A stretch of 42,123 nt of DNA from a virus: positions 1 to 42,123 of IMG/VR virus record IMGVR_UViG_3300030040_000052. One strand, given 5' to 3'. The notes beneath the pieces were generated by a model that was not told the origin of the DNA, searched no databases, and saw nothing but the letters and a program-made list of their open reading frames with translations. Below are positions 1 to 6,076 of this stretch, piece after piece. The first letter of the stretch is position 1. Each line of letters begins with the position of its first letter. The translations under genes and the position numbers were made by a program.

Positions 1-99
1 CACCGGGCTGTCGCGGTTTTCACAACGGTTCCTCCGCGAATCATCCTTGCCGTGGTTATGTTCCCGTCAAACCGGATGACCACTTTCAGGTCATAGTCT
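1..99. repeat. Terminal overlap copy 1 (identical to 42025-42123)
   Basis: Exact 99-nt identity read by eye (caccgggctgtcgcgg...caggtcatagtct). Confidence 0.95.
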
Positions 100-329
100 C
101 TGCGCCGCTCTGGCATCGGTTCGGCAAGACCGGCAATCATGCCATTTGTCCAATACCAGCCTTCGCAGCAATTTTCCTCTCTGTCCTCTACCATCAGGTA
201 TCCCAGGGGGAGTATCCGTCTAATGGTCATTGTTTTTCCAAGCCATTTGTCCATAACCCCGAAAATGCTCATACCGGCGGTTCGGTGCTTCACAATCCGC
301 ACCCGGTCTCCCACTTTGTACTTTGCCAT
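1..329 (-). CDS. Small phage protein, N-terminal 109 of 137 aa (ORF crosses the circular junction and ends at 41940); KOW/SH3-like KYKVGDRVRI N-terminus
   Basis: ATG at 329 preceded by GGGAGGA RBS; hand translation MAKYKVGDRVRIVKHRTAG...TATARC continues in frame into 42024->41940 (..SPKDQYSHAEGARVAMERLFAKKEEQP*). Confidence 0.7.
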   Translation of the reverse strand, partial: MAKYKVGDRVRIVKHRTAGMSIFGVMDKWLGKTMTIRRILPLGYLMVEDREENCCEGWYWTNGMIAGLAEPMPERRRDYDLKVVIRFDGNITTARMIRGGTVVKTATAR

Positions 330-332
330 TTT

Positions 333-509
333 TTATTCCTCCCTTTGTTTTTTCGTTCTGCTGGGCAGCTTCCGCAGCCCGCCGCTCAGCCGGTGGACGA
401 TAACAAACTCCTCGGGGGTGTCCTTCACCACCAGCCAGTTTGCGTCATTCAATCGGTAGTACCGGATGTGCATCCGCTGCGCCACCGTTGGCTTCTTGCC
501 GTTCTTCAT
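333..509 (-). CDS. 58-aa conserved small mobile-element protein (DUF6906-like, tentative)
   Basis: ATG 509 overlaps upstream stop (ATGA); MKNGKKPTVAQ..NWLVVKDTPEEFVIVHR resembles small proteins of Firmicutes phages/ICEs (from memory). Confidence 0.6.
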   Translation of the reverse strand: MKNGKKPTVAQRMHIRYYRLNDANWLVVKDTPEEFVIVHRLSGGLRKLPSRTKKQREE

Positions 510-718
510 CCTTCGTCCCCCAGGTAATCTTCCGCCCACTTTTCAAAGTCCCGGCGCAGAATCAAAAAAGTGCGCCGCCCGGCCTTCCCGGTGCTGATCA
601 CCTTCCCAAAGGGGAATGTGCCGTCCGCAATCCCATCAGAAAGGGTTCCCTGCCCAATGGGCATCCCCCGTTTCCGCATCTCCGCCAGCACATCATTCAC
701 TGACATTCTCGGTTTCAT
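506..718 (-). CDS. Excisionase-like / MerR-type HTH DNA-binding protein (70 aa)
   Basis: ATG 718 with AAGGAGGAGG RBS 6 nt upstream; MSVNDVLAEMRKRGMPIGQGTL...FLILRRDFEKWAEDY resembles Xis-type HTH proteins. Confidence 0.6.
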   Translation of the reverse strand: MKPRMSVNDVLAEMRKRGMPIGQGTLSDGIADGTFPFGKVISTGKAGRRTFLILRRDFEKWAEDYLGDEG

Positions 719-869
719 GATTGTCCTCCTCCTTGTAAATTTCACTCCCGACACTGATTCCCGAGGCAAAAGCCTCCATCACCTTGCTTGCCAGCTCTCG
801 CTTGTCCACGGGAATGTTCTTCATGCAAGCCGCAGCCTCCGCTGCCAGCGCCTTAATTTTCTCCGGCAT
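693..869 (-). CDS. Hypothetical 58-aa early protein
   Basis: ORF-track start 878 is GTG; ATG at 869 lies 8 nt after AAGGAGG, so 869 preferred; GC3-rich codons. Confidence 0.55.
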   Translation of the reverse strand: MPEKIKALAAEAAACMKNIPVDKRELASKVMEAFASGISVGSEIYKEEDNHETENVSE

Positions 870-1164
870 CTTCTTCACCTCCTTGTTTGGTTTTTGTCGC
901 CTTGCTCGTCACCATGCTGCAATAACCGCCACCAATGCCCGTAGTACGGTAAACACCGCAACCAGCTGTAACCACCAATCTTACCCTGCGCAGCTCCCAG
1001 GCCAAAAGCCGGTTGTCCAGCGCCCTTGTAACGTCCTTCATATCCTGGATGGATTCTTCATCCCTTCCCAGCGCCCGGTATACCCGCTCCATGTCGCTTT
1101 CATCCAGCCCCAGAACCTCCAGAATCCTCTTTCGCTCCCGGTATGCCTTCAACTCTCGGTTCAT
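853..1164 (-). CDS. Hypothetical 103-aa early protein
   Basis: ATG 1164 preceded by AAGGAGGTGAAGGAA; upstream part of the 171-aa track ORF overlaps the plus-strand gene and lacks an RBS. Confidence 0.6.
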   Translation of the reverse strand: MNRELKAYRERKRILEVLGLDESDMERVYRALGRDEESIQDMKDVTRALDNRLLAWELRRVRLVVTAGCGVYRTTGIGGGYCSMVTSKATKTKQGGEEDAGEN

Positions 1165-1237
1165 TTCCTTCACCTCCTTGTTGATTTTTCCGCTCCAGTC
1201 TGGTACTCTGGAAAGAAAACCAGAAAGGATTTTTCTT

Positions 1238-1714
1238 ATGGATGATTTGAAGTTCTCCGTCCTCTCCCGCATCCACCAGGCCACTCGCCTTGCCCCCGTC
1301 CGCCGTACCGAGCTCCTTTCCGGGGCGCAGGACGTTCCCAGAACCAGCCGTGCCATAAAGGAACTCATTTCCTCCGGCTTTGTCCGGGAGGAGCTTGGCT
1401 CCGATGCGCTCTATATCCAGCCGTCCGGTACTGCCGCTCTGGAAGCCGAGATTGAGAGGCGCTCCGCCGCACAGGTGGGGTCTTCTCAGTTCGCCCAGCA
1501 GCTGGCCGCACTTCAGCAAATCGCCGATGCCGCAAAGGAAGAGGCCGCCGCTGCAAAGCTCTTGTCGGAAACCGCGCAAAAGAAAGCCGGGAAAGCAGAT
1601 ATAAAAGGCGGAATTGCTGTCCTCATTTCCATCCTCGGCTTTCTGGTTGAGCTCGCCGCGAATTGGGATAAAGTTCTGGAGCTTCTTAAAAATATTGCCA
1701 GTGCCCTTAAGTAA
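1238..1714 (+). CDS. Winged-helix (MarR-like) N-terminal domain protein with C-terminal hydrophobic helix (158 aa)
   Basis: ATG 1238 after GAAAGGA; GC3-rich codons; SVLSRIHQATRLAPVRRTELL..TSRAIKELISSGFV wHTH-like, C-terminal GGIAVLISILGFLVELAANW; competing minus ORF 1100-1744 is Gly-rich low complexity. Confidence 0.6.
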   Translation: MDDLKFSVLSRIHQATRLAPVRRTELLSGAQDVPRTSRAIKELISSGFVREELGSDALYIQPSGTAALEAEIERRSAAQVGSSQFAQQLAALQQIADAAKEEAAAAKLLSETAQKKAGKADIKGGIAVLISILGFLVELAANWDKVLELLKNIASALK

Positions 1715-1805
1715 CCCTTGGGAGAATGAACTCGCAAAAAACAATCCACAGCAGATTTACAATTGCAAGCACCAGTGCAATATCTGAGATGGTTGGTTTC
1801 CTCAT
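1707..1805 (-). CDS. 32-aa hydrophobic peptide MRKPTISDIALVLAIVNLLWIVFCEFILPRVT (type-I-toxin-like or leader peptide)
   Basis: Below ORF-track cutoff; ATG 1805 with AAGGAGGTGAGAGGG RBS, directly downstream of leftward promoter; one predicted TM helix; 3' end overlaps 1238-1714 by 8 nt convergently. Confidence 0.35.
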   Translation of the reverse strand: MRKPTISDIALVLAIVNLLWIVFCEFILPRVT

Positions 1806-1861
1806 CCCTCTCACCTCCTTTTGTTTGCTTTGCACAAGCTATTAACTAACTTGTTGTATGT

Positions 1862-1890
1862 ATAATAACACCTAGGTTGTTAATTGTCAA
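1862..1890 (-). promoter_or_regulatory. Leftward (early/lytic) sigma-A-type promoter TTGACA-17-TATTAT with TGn
   Basis: Minus strand: TTGACA = comp(1885-1890), 17-nt spacer, TGtTATTAT = comp(1862-1870). Confidence 0.55.
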
Positions 1891-1910
1891 TGGTAAATTT
1901 ATATTTTTTA

Positions 1911-1939
1911 TTGACTTGTGAGATATTGTGTGGTAATAT
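1911..1939 (+). promoter_or_regulatory. Rightward repressor promoter TTGACT-17-TAATAT with extended TGg
   Basis: TTGACT 1911-1916, 17-nt spacer, TGgTAATAT 1931-1939, 25 nt upstream of repressor ATG. Confidence 0.6.
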
Positions 1940-1964
1940 GCTCTTGAAAGGTGGTGATACTAAT

Positions 1965-2339
1965 ATGACAACTTTAGCAGAAAGAATATTCCAAATCCGA
2001 AGCGAAGAAAAACTGTCGCAGGCAGCCTTTGCGCAGAAAATAAACTTATCTCAAAACTTTGTGTGGATGGTTGAAAACGGCAAACGTGAACCCAGTGACC
2101 GCACCATAAGGGACATCTGCAACATTTTCAAGGTAGATGAGGTATGGCTTCGCACCGGCATTGGTAGCCCGAATATCAAGAAGTCCCGCAAGGAGGAGCT
2201 GAATGCTATTTTCAGCGATGCCCTGGAAGGCGTTTCCGACAAGGATAAGTTTCTCCGCGCCGTGGCATCCGTCCCCGATTCCGCCTTCCCCGCGCTGGTA
2301 GAGTTTATCCGAACACTGTCCGCCGAACTGGGAGAATAA
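1965..2339 (+). CDS. XRE-family HTH repressor (cI-like), 124 aa
   Basis: ATG 1965 after AAAGGTGGTGA; LSQAAFAQKINLSQNFVWMVENGKREPS is a classic XRE HTH; divergent from early genes. Confidence 0.85.
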   Translation: MTTLAERIFQIRSEEKLSQAAFAQKINLSQNFVWMVENGKREPSDRTIRDICNIFKVDEVWLRTGIGSPNIKKSRKEELNAIFSDALEGVSDKDKFLRAVASVPDSAFPALVEFIRTLSAELGE

Positions 2340-2343
2340 AAAA

Positions 2344-2373
2344 CCCCGCTGCCCAAAAAGCAGTGGGGTTTTC
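2344..2373 (+). terminator. Rho-independent terminator after repressor gene
   Basis: CCCCGCTGC-ccaaaaa-GCAGTGGGG followed by TTTTCC. Confidence 0.75.
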
Positions 2374-2400
2374 CTGTGCGTAAAAAATCTTAAAATTCAG

Positions 2401-2421
2401 CGCTCCCGCAATCGGAGCGCC
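2401..2421. terminator. Bidirectional hairpin terminator
   Basis: GCGCTCC-cgcaatc-GGAGCGC; T-rich tracts follow on both strands (CCTTTTTATTT on plus, CTGAATTTTAAGATTTTTT on minus). Confidence 0.5.
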
Positions 2422-2426
2422 CTTTT

Positions 2427-2540
2427 TATTTCTTCATCAGCCGCAGCACCAGGATGTATGCCATCCGCAGCTGCTCCATGTTCAGCTCCTTCAGCAGCGC
2501 CGCCACAATGGCTTCCAGTTTCTTCTTTCCGTCCTCCACG
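2427..2540 (-). CDS. 37-aa small protein (V)EDGKKKLEAIVAALLKELNMEQLRMAYILVLRLMKK
   Basis: Below track cutoff; GTG 2540 preceded by AAAAGGAGGAACGGAAC; strongly GC3-biased codons; terminator directly downstream. Confidence 0.5.
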
Positions 2541-2635
2541 TTCCGTTCCTCCTTTTAAGAAAAAATTATGGTTTTCTCCGCCGTCCGTTCGACATTTCTG
2601 TCTGTTTTTCGGCTGAAATCGCGGAAGAATGCCCC

Positions 2636-2664
2636 TTGCATTATATTAGATTATATCGTAAAAT
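2636..2664 (+). promoter_or_regulatory. Promoter of secreted-protein moron TTGCAT-17-TAAAAT
   Basis: TTGCAT 2636-2641, 17-nt spacer, TAAAAT 2659-2664. Confidence 0.5.
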
Positions 2665-2679
2665 ATTAACGTAAATCAA
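2650..2679 (-). promoter_or_regulatory. Possible divergent overlapping promoter TTGATT-18-TATAAT for the 37-aa gene
   Basis: Minus strand TTGATT = comp(2674-2679), TATAAT = comp(2650-2655); AT-rich intergenic region so chance match possible. Confidence 0.35.
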
Positions 2680-2694
2680 AAAGGAGGAAACATC

Positions 2695-3279
2695 ATGAAA
2701 AAACTATGTTCAGCAGCCCTTGCCGCTGCAATGCTTCTGACCGTGCCGCTTACCGCCAGCGCCAGCAGCAAGGATTATACCGAAGGCTACCAGGCCGGTT
2801 ACCAGGATGGGTTCCGGCAGGGCTATCAGGCCGCGTTGTTCGGTTTTTCGGAGACGGCTCCCGCAAGCATCCCCGCCGAGACAGAGGCAGCGGTGGAGGT
2901 TGAGCCGAAAAGCGGAACCATTTTGTTTGGCGAGAAGCTGAAATCAAACTGCAAGATGGTTATCAACGCCAGTAAAGAAAGCGCCGTGGTTGTCTGCCTG
3001 AAAACCGCCGCAGGCGTAACCCACTATGCCTTTTATGTCCAGGCCGGTGATTCCGTAACCGTCAACGTGCCGGCTGAAGTGCTCTATGCTTTCTTCGCCT
3101 CCGGTGACGGCTCTCAGTGGCGCGGCTATGGAAAAGGGAAGCTGTTTGGAGATAGCACCGTTTACACAAAGGACATCCACACGCTCTACCTGAAGCGGTA
3201 CACCTACACCTACACCCTTTTCCCGGTGACGGACGGCAACTTTAAAGAAACCCCTTCCGATGAATCCGAGTTCTTTTGA
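2695..3279 (+). CDS. Secreted protein with signal peptide and GYQ-repeat N-terminus (194 aa), moron
   Basis: AAAAAGGAGGAAACATC-ATG; MKKLCSAALAAAMLLTVPLTASA/SS signal peptide (AxA site, no lipobox Cys); own promoter and downstream hairpin. Confidence 0.8.
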   Translation: MKKLCSAALAAAMLLTVPLTASASSKDYTEGYQAGYQDGFRQGYQAALFGFSETAPASIPAETEAAVEVEPKSGTILFGEKLKSNCKMVINASKESAVVVCLKTAAGVTHYAFYVQAGDSVTVNVPAEVLYAFFASGDGSQWRGYGKGKLFGDSTVYTKDIHTLYLKRYTYTYTLFPVTDGNFKETPSDESEFF

Positions 3280-3283
3280 TGTG

Positions 3284-3313
3284 CCCCCACCGCCGTGCCA
3301 CAAGCGGTGGGGG
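3284..3313 (+). terminator. GC-rich hairpin after moron gene (no U-tract)
   Basis: CCCCCACCGC-cgtgccacaa-GCGGTGGGGG; followed by ctatgcc, so weak as an intrinsic terminator. Confidence 0.35.
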
Positions 3314-3456
3314 CTATGCCGCCGGATGAACCCGCTCCCTTGCCGGCTGCAAGACCAGCCTAGCAGGGAAGCGCCGTTTCGTAAATAGCCAGATGTGGAA
3401 TATCGTTTCTTAGGTGAACCATTTTGTTTCAGCTTGTTTCCAAGGAGATGTTTTTT

Positions 3457-3900
3457 GTGGAAATTTCGGATTTATTGTCAGAGCTGGATGCCCTTCGCGT
3501 TCAGCGCGGGATGTCCTATCAGGCCGTTGCGGATGCCTGCGGCGTGTCCAAAGCAACCATTTACCGCACCCTGACCGGGGCAACGGAACCGACCGTTCAG
3601 CTGGTCAAGCGGATTGAGGCCGCCGTACAGTATGTTCCGCCCTCTGCCCAGCAGCCGCCACCTGCAAGCTGCTCCAAAGAAGAATATGCCGAATTTCTAC
3701 GGGAAACCATCATTCGCCAGGACGAAGAATATTCCCGCCATGTCACCCAGCTGCAAACCCACTATAGCCTTTTGCGCCGCCAGGACAGAAGGTCAATCGC
3801 GGTGCTTGCCGCAGCTGTCACCGTCCTGGTGATATTCCTGGTCGTCTGGCTTGTGCTGGACATCCTTCACCCCGGGGCTGGCTGGATTGCCACCCCATAG
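3457..3900 (+). CDS. Membrane-anchored HTH (XRE-like) regulator, about 147 aa
   Basis: GTG 3457 lies 9 nt after AAGGAG (track ATGs 3424/3448 lack spacing); MSYQAVADACGVSKATIYRTLTG HTH; C-terminal TM IAVLAAAVTVLVIFLVVWLVLDIL. Confidence 0.75.
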   Translation: MEISDLLSELDALRVQRGMSYQAVADACGVSKATIYRTLTGATEPTVQLVKRIEAAVQYVPPSAQQPPPASCSKEEYAEFLRETIIRQDEEYSRHVTQLQTHYSLLRRQDRRSIAVLAAAVTVLVIFLVVWLVLDILHPGAGWIATP

Positions 3901-3909
3901 GAGGCCGCC

Positions 3910-5040
3910 ATGAATTGTGTAAAATGTAAAAAAGCCATCCCGGAGGATGGCATCTTCTGCCCCTACTGCGGCAAAAAGCAGCAGCCGGAGAAAAAAAAGA
4001 AAAAGAAGCGCGCCAACGGTTCCGGCACTGTGATACGCAAACCAGGAAACCGCTCCAAGCCCTGGGAGGCGCAGAAATCGGGAATCTATGTCGGTGCCTA
4101 TGCAACAAAATACGAGGCAGAGCAAGCCCTCCTGCGGCTGGCAGACCTTCCGATTTCGGAAACGCTGAATTTAACTTTCGAGCAGGTCTATCAGAAGTGG
4201 CTGCCCGTCCACGCCCGTTCACTGACGCAGTCCGGCATCTCTGGATATGAATTTGCCTACGCCCATTGCCAGCCACTGTACGACAGGGTGTTTCGCCGAT
4301 TGCGTGCAAGTGACTTTCAGCAGGTCATTATGGACATGGAGGGGCAAGGCTTGTCAAAATCAAGTTGCGAAAAGGCCGTGCAGCTTTTTGGTCAGTTGTC
4401 AAAGTGGGCGATTCAGGAGGAGATTTGCCACACGAATTACGCAAAGTTTGTCACCGTCTCTGCCCAGCAGAAAAGCACAAAGCAGCCGTTCACCGCCGGC
4501 CAGATTGAATCAATCCTAAAATCCCCAGAGCCAGCCGCCCAGATTGCCGCAATCCTGCTTGCCACCGGCTGCCGCCCCAACGAGCTTTTCGCCGCCGCCA
4601 CCGCAGATGCCCAGGAAAGCTATTTCATCTCCGGCTCAAAAACAGAGGCAGGCAAAAACCGCATTATCCCGGTTGCCTCCTTTGGCCTGCCCGCCTACCA
4701 ATCCCTCCGAGCCGCAGCCATTGCCAGCAGCTGCACCAGGCTGATTGACGCATATGGCGGTAATAAAACCTACCGCAACTTTTATAAACGAGACTGGCAA
4801 AAGCTGATGGAAAGTCTCGGCATAGAAAACATGGCACCCTATCATTGCCGCCACACCTATGCCACTCTAGCTGTCCAGTCCGGCATAAAGCCTGAAATTT
4901 TGCAAAAAATTTTGGGTCACGCCGACTATAATACTACCGTGGGAGTATACACCCACCTGGATAAATCTGAAATACTCCAGGAGGCAGCAAAGCTCACGGT
5001 TACAGACACGTTACAGACACGAAAAAATCACCCGGTATAA
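3910..5040 (+). CDS. int: Tyrosine integrase with N-terminal zinc ribbon
   Basis: CVKC..CPYC ribbon, Lys-rich linker, GSGTV..KPW arm-binding-like segment, C-terminal HCRHTYAT...LGHADYNTTVGVYTHL (R-H-R-Y catalytic signature). Confidence 0.95.
   Translation: MNCVKCKKAIPEDGIFCPYCGKKQQPEKKKKKKRANGSGTVIRKPGNRSKPWEAQKSGIYVGAYATKYEAEQALLRLADLPISETLNLTFEQVYQKWLPVHARSLTQSGISGYEFAYAHCQPLYDRVFRRLRASDFQQVIMDMEGQGLSKSSCEKAVQLFGQLSKWAIQEEICHTNYAKFVTVSAQQKSTKQPFTAGQIESILKSPEPAAQIAAILLATGCRPNELFAAATADAQESYFISGSKTEAGKNRIIPVASFGLPAYQSLRAAAIASSCTRLIDAYGGNKTYRNFYKRDWQKLMESLGIENMAPYHCRHTYATLAVQSGIKPEILQKILGHADYNTTVGVYTHLDKSEILQEAAKLTVTDTLQTRKNHPV
4999..5020 (+). repeat. Two tandem GTTACAGACAC copies (putative P-arm integrase sites) inside int 3' end
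   Basis: 4999-5009 and 5010-5020; same 11-mer recurs twice at 5263-5285. Confidence 0.5.
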
Positions 5041-5073
5041 TTGCATCAAAAAAGTTCAGAAAATAAAGAAAAA

Positions 5074-5107
5074 AGCCACGAAACACGAAGTTCCGTGGCT
5101 TCTCTTT
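5074..5107 (+). terminator. Hairpin terminator after int
   Basis: AGCCACG-13 nt loop-CGTGGCT followed by TCTCTTT. Confidence 0.5.
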
Positions 5108-5153
5108 GGTGACCCGCCGGGGACTCGAACCCCGGGCCCACTGCTTAAAAGGC
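5107..5153 (-). other. attP core: 3' half of tRNA-Lys(UUU) (anticodon loop to CCA), not a complete tRNA
   Basis: Minus strand reads ..CTTTTAA GCAGT GGGCC CGGGG TTCGAGT CCCCG GCGGGTC A CCA: anticodon loop, 3' anticodon stem, variable loop, T-arm, acceptor 3' strand; no D-arm or 5' acceptor upstream. Confidence 0.75.
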
Positions 5154-5262
5154 AAAATCGGTGGAATTTATGCGGTATAAAATAGGATTATTTCGCTATC
5201 ACAAGGAATAACAGCATATTTATATCGCAGAAAATTGCAAAGTGCCAGTATGTATTGTCTCA

Positions 5263-5285
5263 GTTACAGACACGGTTACAGACAC
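5263..5285 (+). repeat. Two GTTACAGACAC copies (putative P'-arm integrase sites)
   Basis: 5263-5273 and 5275-5285, same orientation as 4999-5020. Confidence 0.5.
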
Positions 5286-5286
5286 T

Positions 5287-5658
5287 TTAGCCGCCCATTT
5301 TGTTCAGAAGCCGCTTCAGTTCTCTCTTGGTTTCCTCGTTCAGTCCAGAACTGTCAATCGCTCGTTCCAGCTCGCCGCCGTGGTAGGAGTAGCCTCCATC
5401 ACTGGCATACCGTCCCATGCTGTCTCGGCGCTGGCTATAGGCTGGCATACCGATACCTCCCATACCGTCATTATAGCGGTAGTCCGGGTAGTCCCTCCGG
5501 CTGTACTGGCTGTAATCCCCCTGCTCGATGCAGTCGATTTTGCAAATAAGCGATGCCAGGTTTTTAGCTGTTCCAACAGTCTGCGTAGACAGCCCACGGT
5601 CTGCAAAGTTCTCTAGCTCCTCCATGGCAAGTCGTTTCAATTCCTTCAGTTTTTCCAT
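5287..5658 (-). CDS. Hypothetical 123-aa protein, helical ends with Tyr/Gly/Arg/Asp-rich centre
   Basis: ATG 5658 after AAGGAGGAAAAGAGAAT; centre DYSQYSRRDYPDYRYNDGMGGIGMPAYSQRRDSMGRYASDGGYSYHGG. Confidence 0.75.
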   Translation of the reverse strand: MEKLKELKRLAMEELENFADRGLSTQTVGTAKNLASLICKIDCIEQGDYSQYSRRDYPDYRYNDGMGGIGMPAYSQRRDSMGRYASDGGYSYHGGELERAIDSSGLNEETKRELKRLLNKMGG

Positions 5659-5676
5659 ATTCTCTTTTCCTCCTTG

Positions 5677-6024
5677 CTATATGCTTTCTTGAATGTATCT
5701 ATACAGTGTGTCCAGTTCCTTTTTGCCAACCTTCATGGTCATTTTCACCACCGGGATTTTGATGGGCATCGGGTCAGCGCCGATATAAGGCTTTGCAGCG
5801 TTGTACAGAGCATCCACGTCAACCGTTCCATGCTCCTTGTCATACACACCAAGAGCCTTGAGCATAGGGTGGTCTGCGTACTGGGTGATAATGTCCGGGA
5901 TTCTGGCAGTCAGGAGCCCGCCAGCTCCGGCAATCAGAACCTTGTCCCAGCCGGACAGACTGGGGGCAATCTCACGGTCAATGAACTTCGCAATTCCAGC
6001 CTGAATATTTTCCATCGAAATCAT
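5677..6024 (-). CDS. Hypothetical 115-aa protein
   Basis: ATG 6024 lies 7 nt after GGAGGT (track start 6039 lacks an RBS). Confidence 0.75.
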   Translation of the reverse strand: MISMENIQAGIAKFIDREIAPSLSGWDKVLIAGAGGLLTARIPDIITQYADHPMLKALGVYDKEHGTVDVDALYNAAKPYIGADPMPIKIPVVKMTMKVGKKELDTLYRYIQESI

Positions 6025-6076
6025 GGAAAGTACCTCCATTTAAGATATGGGGCGGTAAAAACCGCCCCACGCATGG

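Noticed and set aside
1100-1744. 214-aa minus-strand ORF that would make the early operon continuous
   Set aside because: The translation is Gly-rich and low-complexity with no RBS. The opposite plus-strand frame (1238-1714) has GC3 bias, wHTH-like sequence and a TM helix.
1866-1882. AACACCTAGGTTGTT near-palindrome as the repressor operator
   Set aside because: It is imperfect, with only a CCTAGG core plus 4-bp arms offset by one nt. I found no second copy near the rightward promoter, so I cannot support an operator call.
3985-3996. Homopolymer tracts as phase-variation switches (A8 in int at about 3987, T8 at about 12254 in the giant ORF, T9 at about 28204)
   Set aside because: The tracts are short. 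The coding ones encode Lys runs in linker regions. There is no alternative downstream frame of interest.
5107-5175. A complete tRNA gene
   Set aside because: Only the anticodon loop, T-arm and 3' acceptor strand are present. The sequence where the D-arm and 5' acceptor should be does not pair. I interpret it as the attP core.
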